DNA from: Octopus bimaculoides
Taxonomy: Eukaryota
NCBI RefSeq assembly: GCF_001194135.2
Contig: NC_068984.1
Coordinates: forward strand, 59,490,497 to 59,553,976
Direction of reading: 5' to 3'
Length of the DNA: 63,480 bases
In this document: piece after piece, positions 1 through 12,598 of the stretch
Layout: every line of letters begins with the position of its first letter
Position numbering within the stretch: the stretch's first letter is position 1
The notes under the pieces: generated by a model
The model's database searches: none
What the model was told of the DNA's origin: nothing
What the model saw: the letters and a program-made list of their open reading frames with translations, nothing else
Position numbers and translations under genes: made by a program

Positions 1-41
<41 letters not shown>

Positions 42-85
42 TTTGTAAAAGCATAAGTTCAAAAGAAGAAACAGCAGTACATATT

Positions 86-248
86 ATTAATTAAGAATGG
101 GAAGGCTAGTTTATGGGATTACCTTAGGTCTACCGTTCATAAAAGGTTTAGCTTTATAGCATATTGTCAGATCCCAAAAACCTGTTGACCTATGACCTCT
201 TAAACCTAAGGTAATCCAATAAACTGGCCTTCCCCATTTTTAATTAAA
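86..248. repeat. Fold-back element with ~44-bp inverted arms (86-129 / 204-248) between (TA)n tracts
   Basis: attaattaagaatgggaaggctagtttatgggattaccttaggt versus the reverse complement of acctaaggtaatccaataaactggccttccccatttttaattaaat. Confidence 0.75.
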
Positions 249-1266
249 TTATATCTATATATATATATATACACACAATAGTCTTTCATGTAGTTTCAGT
301 CTACCAAATTCAATAATTCACTTACAGGTATTGACTGACCCAGGAATAAAGTAGAAGACACTGCCAAAGGCACTGCACAGTGGGATTGAACCTGAAACTG
401 CATAATTGCAAAGTGAGCTTCTTAACCACGCAGCCTTTTAAAAGATTTTTCTACTATAGGTTTGACATGACTAGTGCTGTTTTTTTAACTTTTTCAGTGC
501 TATATTTTAGTGGTTTTCCTGGTGTTAGCCATGATAGTGTGAGGTTGTATTTAAAAAATTTTTCTGATGTCAGCTAAGACATTATCATACAGTATTGTGT
601 AGGTTTTTTTCTCTATTGTTAGCTATAATGATATGGTGCTGTTTTGTGAATATTTTCTTGCGTTTATTACAAATGACAATATGGCGATGTATTAGGTAGG
701 TTTTTCACATATTAGCAATGACAGCAGCATGATGTATTTGTCAATTTTTTTTTTTAGTTTCTTTGGCTTCTTAGATTTGTAATCAAAACATGCACACATA
801 CACACACGATATAGGTATAAAAAATCAATAGTTTACAAATTTAATGAATTTAGCATGTGTGAATTAGACTTTCAGTTAGTGAAACATCACACTCATAAGA
901 TCACATTTTTTAGAGATGAGCTTATAACACTTTAAAAAGCTGTTATACTTAAATTAATACAGTCTTTTATAATGCTATATGCATGTATATATGTGTATAC
1001 ATATGTAAGTGTATACACACAAACATACACTCACATGCACACGTATTAGATATACATAGATATGTATACATAGTAAGCAAGCCTGCTCCATAAACACCTA
1101 CACATATTGATTTGGAATTTTATTTTTTGTTTAATATATTGTTTTTGATTTACCTAATTCTTCATACATTTAGACACACATCCACATGCACAAACACACA
1201 CACATGCACAGACATTTACAAATACATATATTGATTTTCTATCTTTTTGACTTGTCTTTCTTGCAG

Positions 1267-1280
1267 GTTTATGAACCAAA
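1267..1280 (+). other. 5'UTR part of neurensin coding exon 1 (implies a further upstream non-coding exon)
   Basis: A strong 3' splice site lies 14 nt before the ATG. No convincing upstream exon was found in 1-1260. Confidence 0.55.
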
Positions 1281-1523
1281 ATGGAGAACATCACTTCAAC
1301 AGAAGCGACAGCTGGCAGCTTCGAAGAAGATCTTGAAGCTTTGAATAGTGAAGCTGAAGAAGGACACCGAAACAGCTCACTGGCATCAACCAAACGCCTA
1401 CTGTTCAAGACAGTTGGTAAACAGGATAGCAATGATCTCAGTCGGGACTATATCGGAGTGAAGTCATATCTGCATTATTTTTATGAATCACCATCATTCA
1501 AAGACCCATCGATCTATGAAGAG
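1281..1523 (+). CDS. NRSN1: Neurensin-family (Neuro-p24 / vesicular membrane protein p24) coding exon 1, 81 aa
   Basis: Polypyrimidine tract and ttgcAG acceptor at 1265-1266, ATG at 1281, phase-0 donor GAG|GTTTGT at 1524. The peptide contains YIGVKSYLHYFYE, matching the recalled neurensin signature YGVRSYLHQFYE. NRSN1 versus NRSN2 cannot be resolved; the symbol is used as a family label. Confidence 0.9.
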
Positions 1524-1810
1524 GTTTGTTTGCTTTAGAGACCATCTCTCATTTTATATTTCTTCTCTGTTAGCCTGTCCTATCTCTGATGGTGAGCACT
1601 ATAGTGTTGGTAATATGCAAGAGAGAGAAACGAATTTGTAACCCAGATTCAGTTTCCATTTTCTAGCTTCTTTAAATCCCTAGAAAATCTATAGATACCA
1701 TAATTCTAATTTGTCCAGTCTCTGAAATAACACCTAATAATGTTGATCACCCTGTGATTGCTATATCTTATTACAAACAGAAAACAAATAGCTCAATATA
1801 CACTAGTTTA

Positions 1811-1950
1811 TCAAATTCCGCCAAGGTCGACTTTGCCTTTCATCCTTTCGGGGTCAATAAATTAAGTACCAGTTACATACTGGAGTCAATCTAATCGACT
1901 GGCTCCCTCCCCCCAAAATTTCAGGCCTTGTGCCTAGAGTCAAAAAGAAT
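1811..1950 (+). mobile_element. SINE family B (other copies about 14500-14715+, 30335-30750- x2, 34470-34680+, 39635-39845-, 52255-52430+, 56645-56790+, 62700-62942-)
   Basis: Shared caaattccgccaaggtcgactttgcctttcatcctttcggggtc..aagtaccagt block. Confidence 0.8.
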
Positions 1951-2109
1951 ATACACTAGTTCATAGATCAGTGTCATAATATCCTTATATTATTCTTATA
2001 TTATCGTTATTTCATCCGTTAAGAAGCCTTATATATATATATCCTTATGTTATTCTTATATCAACCTTATATGATCCTAATATATCCTTATATTATCCTA
2101 ATATTAAAC

Positions 2110-2140
<31 letters not shown>

Positions 2141-3201
2141 ATCACTTACATTCATTGTCATTGCTGTCATCATTATTGTCTTTGTCATCAACATTTTAAT
2201 GTCCACTTTGTTTACACAGACAGAATTCGTTGAGATGAATATCTTATGGCAATGATGCCCTTCCTGCCACCAACCCTCACCTGTTTCCAAGCAAGAAAAT
2301 ATTTCCCTCTTGACTAAATATAGAAGTCTGGACATAAACTACACTGCTTCTATGACAGTGATGCTCATTTACAGGTATTAATGTCAAAGGCTTCTATGGC
2401 AGATAAGTATAAAAGCCTTGAGGTTCTTAATTAACCTTGGTTTCATAGCTTTAGTTAGATAAGAGGGAAATTTTTCACCTGTCTGTTTGTCTTCCTCATA
2501 TAGCAAACTGGTGTCTATTCCTGCCAGCTCAGTAGGTTTAATTATGTGTAGCTGTCCAAATACTTAATGAAAATTCCTGCAATAGATTTTTCTTTAACTC
2601 AAGACCATTGTCGTTGATTGTCCAATACCATATTTACTCAGACATTTTGTTTCTACATATGGTAGATAATAATGACAGGGCAGAGCCATAAAACTGTTCT
2701 GATTAATCAATCAATATATTCCATTAGCATCTTCATACCTATTTTAGAATTGTATTTTCAGCAACAAGATTTTTTTTTATTTGAAGTTAAACATACATGT
2801 AAACACACATACGTACATAACATACATACATAGATACATATACAATTACACACATACACAAATGCACTCACATATGCATGCACACACACACTTGTTTTTT
2901 TTTCAAGATGAAATTTCAAATTGATAAAACTGAGATCATTTTCTAAACTGAAAAAGGAGGTGGAGTGGTCTGGGATGTGGGGGAACCAAAATTAAAAGTC
3001 ACAATTGCATTGAAAATTCAACAGCGAAATCTGAAATTTCTTTTAATCAATTTCAATTTCATTTTTTTCTATTGAATTTTATTTTGAGTGTATCTACACA
3101 TATCCATCTAATGAAAATCAATCATATAAAAGTCATCCCTTTTTTAATTTTATCTACATGTATATATGTGTGTGCCAGTGTTTTTTTTATATATATACAT
3201 C

Positions 3202-3448
3202 TTTTATCTTTTACTTGCTTCAGTCATTAGGTAGCGGCCATGCTCGGACACTGCGTTAGAGGATCTTTTTAGTCAAATGAATCAACCCCAGTACTTACTT
3301 CTTTAAAGCCTGGTAATTATTCTATCAGTCTCTTTTGTAGAACCGCTAAGCTATGGAGACGTAAACACACCAGTACTGATTGTCAAGCGGTGGTGGGGGA
3401 CAAACACAGGCACAAAGACACACACACACATGCACGCACGCACGTACG

Positions 3449-3507
<59 letters not shown>

Positions 3508-3650
3508 ACACGTGACAGACTTCTTTCAATTTCCATCTACCAAATCCACTTACAAAAAGACACTTTCCCAAAAAGTCCCATGCAATGGGACCGAACCTGG
3601 AACAATGTGGTTGGGAAGATAGCTTTTTATTATACAGCCAAGCCTGCAAC
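3202..3650 (-). mobile_element. tRNA-head SINE with a central (CA)n/(TA)n (family A)
   Basis: Head ggttcggtcccattgc, body gatttggtagatggaaa and tail aatgactgaagcaagtaaaaga, shared with 42478-42870 and 54531-54796. Confidence 0.8.
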
Positions 3651-3666
3651 CGTGTTATTATATGTA

Positions 3667-3883
3667 TGATGGAGTGCTGAAAAGTTTTGGTCTTCAGGTA
3701 AAAGAAAATACAGGAGTATCAGTTAATTATGATTTTTTTTCTACATATTCCCCTCTCAGATTTGCACACATTTTGCAGTGGCCCTTCAGTTTTTTGAAAC
3801 TCTATAAAAGAATTCAGAAGACTGGGCGTCCAGCAAGACCTTTCAAGATACCCTTAAAGCCAGGAACTTTTCAGCATCCCTTG
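3667..3883. mobile_element. 217-bp mariner-type MITE
   Basis: TIR-like ends tgatggagtgctgaaaagtt.../...aacttttcagcatcccttg, TA flanks, same family as 16470-16686. Confidence 0.8.
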
Positions 3884-3897
3884 TATGTATATATATA

Positions 3898-5154
3898 TTG
3901 GGTCATCCCATAAATAATGCGTTTTTTTTATACTTTTATTTTTCAGAATTAAGATAAACAAAATTCATTTTTAATCTAAAATACACTCTCCTTCATTTTC
4001 TACAATGCTCTTCGATCTATCTAGTAGACTTGCTAGGCCCCTCTTCCAAAATTCACTTGTCCGTGATGAAAAATACTCCTCCAGTACTGTTCTACAGATT
4101 TCATATTGTTTCTGTCCAAATGATTTTGAAGACTGTGGAATAAATGATAATCAGATGGGGCAATGTCTAGCGAATATGGTGGGTGAGGCATCGTTTCCCA
4201 TTCAAACTGCTCCAGCCTTTGGTACATCATAGTTGCTGTATGTAGCCAAGCATTATCCTAATGGAAGAACACTTTTCGTCTTCAAACCAAAGATGGTCGT
4301 TTTTCTTCTAGTGCTAACTTAAGCTGCTCAAACTGCTCACAGTAGATTTCTTTTGTTATTTGGTTTGGGTTTAAAAGTTCAAAGTGGACTAAACCTTTCA
4401 TATCCCACCAAACAGATAACAACAACTTACGTGGGTGAAGACCTTCTTTAGCCTGGGGTGCCAGTGTTTCTCCTTTCCCTACCCACTGTCTTCAGTGCAT
4501 GACATTTTTATAGAGAACCCATTTCTCGTCACCAGCCACTATTCGGTCCAAAAAAGGTTTGTGTGTGAGACGTGGCAACAAAGAAGAGCACACATTCACT
4601 CTCTGCACGTGATTAGACTCAGAAAGTTTGTGAGGAACCCATTGACCCAATTTGCTGACATTTCCGATGGCATGCAGGTGTCGATGAATGGTTGAATGAC
4701 CAAATCCAAGCTTCTCTACTAGTTTCTCAACAGTTACAATGAGATTTTGTTCTGCCTGGGTTTGCAGGACGTCCTTGTTGAGCTCTGCAGATCTTTCAGG
4801 ACAAGGCTCGTCTTCTAGGCTATAGTTTCCAGTTCAGAATTTCTGGAACCACCGTTGACACTGCCTTATGCTTATTGTCCGATCCCCATATACTACATTA
4901 ATATTCCTTGCACTTTCTGTTGCATTGTTGCCTTTATTGAACTCATTAAGCAAAATATACTGAATATGCTCCTTTGTCACTTCCATTATAGCTTTGAAAA
5001 AATAACTGTTAAAATCGAACTGCACTAAGAATAAGGACAAGGTAAAATTACTACCTGCTTTTATAGCAAGCTGATCCAGGTAGTTTATCTCATCCCCCTC
5101 CGACTTTTAGTTCATGCAATTGAAAAAAAACACATTATTTATGGGATGACCCAA
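3898..5154 (-). mobile_element. Full-length (1257 bp) but inactivated mariner (DD34D-type) transposon
   Basis: TIR ttgggtcatcccataaataatg(c/t)gtttttt at both ends with TA TSD (3896-97, 5155-56). Transposase fragments: MEVTKEHIQYILLNEFNKGNNATESARNI..CQRWFQKF, AGDEKW, PHPPYSLDIAPSDYHLF. Stops and frameshifts present. Confidence 0.92.
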
Positions 5155-5495
5155 TATAATATAATATATATAAAACACAAATGGGCTGAGGTTCACTATT
5201 ATAATTTATACTACAGCACACTCGGAACTTTCCCTGAATTGGATCTTGAGCCTACAGTGAACTGTGAATTGCATGACGGAGTATACTCTTGTATGATTTT
5301 ACCTATACATTGTGTGTATTTGGTTTATACTTGTGGATGTATGCATAACTGGAAGGAGAAATCCGTACATGCTTTAGTAAGTATATAGGTGTCCACATAC
5401 ACTGTTGAGACATAGATATGCTATCCTCGATTCTACCTTAGTGTCTTTGTTATTAAAATAACTCAATTCTGTTGGATCCTGAAAATAATTAGATA

Positions 5496-6131
5496 CAGGG
5501 ATTGGACAAAATAATGGAAACACCTTAAAATTTCAAACAAATTTATCTTAATATGGGGTAGGACCGACTTTGGCAAGTAATTACAGCTTGAATTCTATGA
5601 GGTATGGACTCATACAAAGCTGGAATTGTTTCCAAAGGAATTTTTGTCCATTCTTCAGCTAAAACAGTCTCCAGTTCTTGTAGTGATGATGGTGGAGGAT
5701 ATCAACTCATTACTCGTTTTTCTAAAACGCACCATAAATGTTCAATAATATTGAGATCTGGGTACTGTGGTGGCCAGGTAAGATGTTCAACTTCACTAGA
5801 ATGTTCCTTGTGCCATTCAGTGACAACTTTAGCTGTGTGAATTGGTACATTATCATCCTGAAAGATTGCGTTTCCCTCCAGAAACAGTTCCGCAACCAGA
5901 GGATAGATTTGATCAGATAAAATGCTTAAATAGTCTTGACTATTAATTCTGCCATGAAGGGAAACCATTGCGCCAGCAGATTTCCATGATATAGCCTCCT
6001 AGATCATCACAGATCCTCCTCCATGTATAACAGTTGGAAGAAGGCAGTCTGAGTCAAATGCTTCTTTTAGCTGTCTCCACACGTATACTTGGTCGGGGGT
6101 CAGAAATAAGGTAAAGGATGAATTATCCAAG
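5496..6131 (-). mobile_element. Tc1-family transposon 3' half, cut by an assembly gap
   Basis: TA followed by a cagggattggacaaaataatggaaacacc end. Minus strand encodes TVIHGGGSVMI..FQDDNVPIHTAK..WPPQYPDLNIIEHLW (Tc1 DDE motifs). Confidence 0.88.
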
Positions 6132-6848
6132 NNNNNNNNNNNNNNNNNNNNNNNNNNNNNNNNNNNNNNNNNNNNNNNNNNNNNNNNNNNNNNNNNNNNN
6201 NNNNNNNNNNNNNNNNNNNNNNNNNNNNNNNNNNNNNNNNNNNNNNNNNNNNNNNNNNNNNNNNNNNNNNNNNNNNNNNNNNNNNNNNNNNNNNNNNNNN
6301 NNNNNNNNNNNNNNNNNNNNNNNNNNNNNNNNNNNNNNNNNNNNNNNNNNNNNNNNNNNNNNNNNNNNNNNNNNNNNNNNNNNNNNNNNNNNNNNNNNNN
6401 NNNNNNNNNNNNNNNNNNNNNNNNNNNNNNNNNNNNNNNNNNNNNNNNNNNNNNNNNNNNNNNNNNNNNNNNNNNNNNNNNNNNNNNNNNNNNNNNNNNN
6501 NNNNNNNNNNNNNNNNNNNNNNNNNNNNNNNNNNNNNNNNNNNNNNNNNNNNNNNNNNNNNNNNNNNNNNNNNNNNNNNNNNNNNNNNNNNNNNNNNNNN
6601 NNNNNNNNNNNNNNNNNNNNNNNNNNNNNNNNNNNNNNNNNNNNNNNNNNNNNNNNNNNNNNNNNNNNNNNNNNNNNNNNNNNNNNNNNNNNNNNNNNNN
6701 NNNNNNNNNNNNNNNNNNNNNNNNNNNNNNNNNNNNNNNNNNNNNNNNNNNNNNNNNNNNNNNNNNNNNNNNNNNNNNNNNNNNNNNNNNNNNNNNNNNN
6801 NNNNNNNNNNNNNNNNNNNNNNNNNNNNNNNNNNNNNNNNNNNNNNNN
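6132..6848. other. Assembly gap (others at 8379-8580, 10736-10755, 18060-18249, 24668-24775, 25631-25875)
   Basis: N runs, each bordered on at least one side by a simple repeat. Confidence 0.99.
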
Positions 6849-6889
<41 letters not shown>

Positions 6890-7452
6890 TACATACATAT
6901 ATACACACATATATACATATATGTATATAAATGGGACTGAGCTAAGAAAGGAGTAAATGTAGTCACTCAACCTGCTAGATAGCACCTAAATTTCTATAGT
7001 ATTACATGCTACATCTTTAAAGAAATCAGATAATGTAATATTAGGTAGAATTTGTCTGCAAATATATATATATACCCACACACACATACATATGGACTGA
7101 ATGGTCATAGTTGGTTGTCCTATACAAGGAAATAAAGCTTATCCCACACTACAACAAAAAAGAAGGGATGAGCAAAGGCAGAATAAGGTACCTTTCTTGA
7201 GGAAAACCATGTTGTTACTGGTGCATGAACAACATAACCAGTCCATGTTATAGAGTGGTTGGTGATAGGTAGAGTGTAACCATGCAAACCATACCAAAAT
7301 AATAAGATATGCATCAGCAGAGTTGGCTAGTTTTTCTCTAGTACTTGCATGTGACAGATGATGAAAGGTGGTGACACAGAGATGTGATACCTGCATAGCC
7401 CATTCCAGCATGGAGAAACAAACATGAAATGATGATTATGATGATAATGGTG

Positions 7453-7491
<39 letters not shown>

Positions 7492-7537
7492 CATACATAC
7501 ATGCATACATATATGCATACATACATACATACATACA

Positions 7538-7569
<32 letters not shown>

Positions 7570-7689
7570 GACATGCACACACATCCATGCATATTTTCTT
7601 ACTATTGTCAGTTATTGGACTGTAGCTTTACATATAAATGTGTGTGCCTGTGTCTGTGTATATGTATGCATATATATATATATATATAA

Positions 7690-7910
7690 ATATCATCATT
7701 GTTATCATTATCATTTAACATCTGTTTTCCATGCTGGCATGGGATGGATGGTTTGACAGGAGCTGGCAGCTGGAGAGTTGCACCAGGCTCCAGTTTTTTT
7801 GTTTTGGCATGGTTTCTATATCTGGATGCCCTTCCTAACATCAACTACTTTACAGAGTACTGGGTGTTTTTTCTATGTGGCACCAGCACCAGCAGGGTCA
7901 TCAAGTAGCT
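7690..7910 (-). mobile_element. Family C / RTE tail copy (other copies about 9190-9295+, 33270-33500-, 33900-34160+, 38000-38210+, 48440-48655+, 53100-53290+, 59340-59440-)
   Basis: Shared block ttccatgctggcatggg..ggatgcccttcctaac..ccaaccac seen in all copies. Confidence 0.75.
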
Positions 7911-8607
7911 CACAAGACAAAGACCTCTTAGTTGAGAGGGGGAGTGGAACTGAGGGAAGTGGCTGTGTGCCAGATGTAAGGTTAGAGTATGATAGAGGGA
8001 CAGAGATAGTTTAGAGAATATACTCAGCTTCTCTTGTAGGACAAGGAAGAAGAAGGAAGGTGGGAGAAAAATCAGAGAGAAAAATAGATAGACATTCAGA
8101 GTGAGTGAGTAGGAGAAATAGATCGTGTTGGAGATGTATCGAGGCCTACCCATAGTGAACAGGGGTTGGTATAAGTAGTACAGGGGGGATAGAGTGGGAT
8201 GTTCCATCAGAGTGTGAGGGGAGATTTTAGAGATGGGGAAGACAGGATTATAGCAAGTGATGATGAGGTATATTGGAAAGGGTGGGAGGGGGTTAAGGAA
8301 GAATGAGAAGGTGTGGAGAGTGTGCATGTCTGTATACATACATACATACATATATATATATATATACATATATATATANNNNNNNNNNNNNNNNNNNNNN
8401 NNNNNNNNNNNNNNNNNNNNNNNNNNNNNNNNNNNNNNNNNNNNNNNNNNNNNNNNNNNNNNNNNNNNNNNNNNNNNNNNNNNNNNNNNNNNNNNNNNNN
8501 NNNNNNNNNNNNNNNNNNNNNNNNNNNNNNNNNNNNNNNNNNNNNNNNNNNNNNNNNNNNNNNNNNNNNNNNNNNNNNNNATATATATATATATATATAT
8601 ATACACC

Positions 8608-8872
8608 CATAAGATACAGTGTATATTTAAATACATAAGAGGAATCCACTCATGGGATTCCTTACGCTAGAAAGAACTGCTAGGTTCTAGAACCACAAAA
8701 TTAGGGATAAAATCCCGAAAGGTATGAAATGAAAAATAAAAACTTTTACCATTTGTTCCTTTCAGGATTTTATCCCTAATTTTGTGGTTCTAGAACCCAG
8801 CAGTTCTTTCTAACGTAAGGAATCCCATGAGTGGATTCCTCTTATGTATTTGAATATACACTGTACCTTATG
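8608..8872. repeat. Inverted repeat with 115-bp arms (8608-8722 / 8758-8872) and a 35-nt loop
   Basis: Arms aligned by eye with 5 mismatches, all transitions. The left end abuts a (TA)n tract. Confidence 0.92.
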
Positions 8873-9571
8873 AGTAATTCATAGTATTTGGACTAAACTT
8901 TTATTTGCTAGGCCACCTTGATACACAAGTTATTTGTTCCCAGAGACTGCTCATAAAGCAAAAACTCATAAAGTAGAGCAATAATTTCTCATAGAAGTAA
9001 TGTTATAAATTGTAATTCGTTTCCAGAAAAATATTTTACCTGTAAAATTTATAATACTCATAAATAAATGGCAATAAAACAACAGTGGAATGTAAAGAAT
9101 ATTATATGTAAAATAAAAAGGATGTCAAGATCTTTTATAATAAAGAATATTATTATTATAATCGTTTTATTGTAGAAGCTTTGTCAGATCAGATTAGAGC
9201 CTGGTGCAACCTCCTGGCTTGCCAGTCCTCAGTCAAACAGTCCAACCCATACCAGCATGGAAATTGGACGTTAAATGATGATGATGATGATGATGTTTTC
9301 TGAATCACTTTCACTCACACTAGACTTGCACATACCATCACTTGTAGATATGATTGCTTATTCACAAGCACTCATAGACGGACTTGTAGATTTCTTTTTA
9401 TAAAGTCTAGAGTTGTTTGCTTAGAGGAAGCCTTTTTGCTCTGTGTAAATTTCTCAGTAACACACAGTGGAACCTTTTGCACTTCATTCAAAATTTGGAT
9501 CTTGTGCTTGAAAAATAAAACTTGTAAACCTGGGGTCTTGTACAGGAGGTCCTTGTAAAGTGAGGTATTAC

Positions 9572-9639
<68 letters not shown>

Positions 9640-10599
9640 AAATAAGTAGAAAACAGGTATGTTATTCAATGCTTTATAGGATTTATATGCATTTCAGCAA
9701 AATGCCAAAATAACTACATATCAATTGTAGAGATATTATGTAATCATGCACTTCACCTCATCAGTGTTCTGCAGAAACATTGGTTTCCTTTTCTGACATT
9801 GCTTTGCTTTTCTTTCTTGAAATGGTTGTGTTCCAATTCAAGTTATTAGCAGTAAAACAAATGATGATTTGAAAACAACAGATTACTCTTATTTTTCTTT
9901 GCACCCTTTCATCAATTGTTAAATTCATACTTAATCTTATTGCTAAATTAGTGATTTCTCTTCATTATACTAACAGAAGGCAGTAATAACATTTTTATTC
10001 CTGTTAAATATAAATTGATAGATGGTAACCCTGAATAAAAACTGATTTGAATTATGCTGATCTACCCACCTTATGCCATCATAGAAAAAAGACATAAAAT
10101 GATGATGATGATGCTGAGGTGATAATCATTGTGCATTACACTAAAATAAATGTGATTCCCCACCAGTGGTTATTTGTTTTGCTCAATACAAACTTTTCTT
10201 CAAATGAATGAACTATTAGTTCAATTGATGGGATTTATATGTCTGTACACATAAGTTTTCTAAATAAAGGATAAAAAGATTTAATATAAAATTGAAATGA
10301 CTTTGTGTCCTGAGTGTCAGTGATAGAAGAATGATAGTAAGTCTACAAAAGTTTAAAAAAGAATTATAATTAGATACAGAAGGAAAGTAAGAGACAAAAA
10401 AGTGAAAGGGCATTTATGAATACTGAGAGAAAGTAATAAACAGGAGACTTTAGTAAAAGTAATTATAAATAGAATGAAGAAGAATGAGGAAGTAAGTTAA
10501 TAGTACAGGTGAAGGGAAATTTTTGGTAGCAGTGTGAAAAGCTACAAAAGCAGTTTTTGTTGTAAACAAAATTTTTAGTTGTAAATCACCTTTCTTTCT

Positions 10600-10860
10600 T
10601 TTAATTCTTTCTCTCTTTCTCCCCACCTCTCTTCCTCCTCTTTCTCTCTCTTCTGCCCCTCTCTTCTCTCTCTTCTGCCCCTCTCTTCTCTCTCTTCTGC
10701 CCCTCTCTTCTCTCTCTCTCCCACTCTCTCTTTCTNNNNNNNNNNNNNNNNNNNNTTTCTCTCTCTTCTGCCCCTCTCTTCTCTCTCTTCTGCCCCTCTC
10801 TTCTCTCTCTCTCCCACTCTCTCTTTCTTCTACCTCTCTCTTTCTTCTACCTCTCTCTTA
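10600..10860. repeat. Homopyrimidine tract with tandem ctctctcttctgcccctctctt units (spans a 20-nt gap)
   Basis: Read directly from the sequence. Confidence 0.9.
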
Positions 10861-11644
10861 TTTAATCAATTTAAATGTCTGAGTAGTGTAATGCTAATAA
10901 ACTATAATAGACTGAGAAAGGTATACAATACTCTCCTTATATAAAATAAAAAACAGAAACAGAAATCTAAAAAGAAATCTAAAAAGAAAAATACAGGAAG
11001 AAAGATAAAAAGAAAATAAAAGTTAATTTACTTCACTAAGAATAACTTGTGTAAAAGAATGATTTTTGGCAAGACAATTCCCTTCCTTGCTGTGAAACAA
11101 AGTGACAATAACATGCAATAATATATTATATTATATTATATTATATTATATTATATTTCAAACACTCACATATATATATATGGGTATGTGGATATAGAAT
11201 TTGCTTTGTAATTATGTGTTTTCAGGTTCTATCCTAGTATGTGACACCTTGGGAAAATGTCTTCTCACACATACATACACAGACATGAGACAGTTTCTTT
11301 CGATCAGATACACTCACAAGGCGTTGTTAGGCTTGGGATTATAGTAGAAAACTCTTGCCCAGGATATTATGCAGTGGGATTGAACCTGAAACCAAGTGGT
11401 TACAAAGTGAGCTTCTTAACCACATAACCATGCCTATGCCTATATTTTTTTTCTTTTCTTTTTTTCTTTGTCCTAGTGTTTATCTCAAATGTTATGTCCT
11501 AATGTCAGTGCAACTGAGATATTATTCCAATTGATGTGACTGATGTCTATCACTGTTACTAAGGGTTCCACTTGAAATGGTTCCTGCTATGAAGAAGCCT
11601 TGAATAAAAGGTGGAATTTGAACTCAGAGTGCAAAGAACTTGTA

Positions 11645-11960
11645 ATAAGAGGGAACTGTAATATGAGGAACAAAGTATGGTTCACCTACCTCTTGGCATT
11701 AGCTATGCAGCTGGGTTAAATCTAAGATGCACCTTACCCATCTGACCTACTGCTAATTCCCTTTCTAGCTCGCATGTCTACTCGTGTCCGTCCACTACAG
11801 CTGCCTGAGGCAAAGAGACCCATGCTGGTCCTGCATCCATCACTTCCTCACTCCCTCTTCCTTTACCAGTAGGGCCCCTCAGCCATTGACATCATTGCTC
11901 TTTCCTTCCGGTTCACCTCAGCTCCACAAAACTGAAACAAATACTGCATGGCATTCTATC
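11645..11960. repeat. Unclassified interspersed repeat shared with about 40935-41200
   Basis: gagggaactgtaat.tgaggaa.aaa.tatggt..cctctt..gct.t.cagctg.gttaaatc.aa block appears in both places. Confidence 0.6.
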
Positions 11961-12061
11961 CAATAATCCCATGTCATTGCCAATTCACTGCCTTCACTAT
12001 GCAACATCAAATTATATCAGGGCTATAGAGAAGGAAACTGAATCAATGAAATTCCAACTTA

Positions 12062-12322
12062 ATCTGATTTTCACTGGCTCTTGTGCGGGTGGCACATAAA
12101 AGACACCATTTCGAGCGTGGCCGTTTTCGTGTAGGTGACATGTAAAAGCACCCACTACACTCTCTGAGTGGTTGGCGTTAGGAAGGGCATCCAGCTGTAG
12201 AAACTCTGCCAAATTAGATTGGAGCCTGGTGTTGCCATCCGGTTTCACCAGTCCTCAATCAAATCGTCCAACCCATGCTAGCATGGAAAGCGGACGTTAA
12301 ACGATGATGATGATGATGATGA
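12062..12322 (+). mobile_element. SINE with an RTE-like 3' tail ending in (GAT)n (family C), young copy
   Basis: High identity to 62030-62283; ends catgctagcatggaaagcggacgttaaac(gat)n. Confidence 0.85.
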
Positions 12323-12374
12323 TTATCAGCAGGTTTTACAAGTTTTACAACATTGAAATTAACTAGTTACGCAA

Positions 12375-12375
<1 letters not shown>

Positions 12376-12470
<95 letters not shown>

Positions 12471-12520
12471 TCTCAGTTTTATATATATATATATATAGAT
12501 ATATATATAGGTAGATAGAT
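12376..12520. repeat. (CA)n about 94 bp followed by (TA)n/(GATA); representative of many (TA)n, (CA)n, (TACA)n, (TATC)n and (GAT)n microsatellites
   Basis: Other examples: 1-39, 3420-3510, 7445-7565, 9572-9632, 16975-17050, 19112-19205, 24520-24590, 31440-31570, 32565-32690, 34840-35027. Confidence 0.95.
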
Positions 12521-12598
12521 AAATATTAATAATGGTCAGGAGAACAGAGATTTTCCACATCTGTAATTTTATTAAACAGTTATTTACAGCTTTCTTTG

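Noticed and set aside
5999-8670. Long ORFs in the supplied track around 6.0-7.0 kb and 7.8-8.7 kb (and similar ones at 18.0, 24.6, 25.6 kb)
   Set aside because: They span N gaps and microsatellites (poly-X, YIYI, CVCV, HTHT) and are not genes.
8700-8725. GGGAU-AAA-AUCCC-GAAA resembling hammerhead stem II plus GAAA in the 8.7-kb hairpin
   Set aside because: No CUGANGA core upstream.
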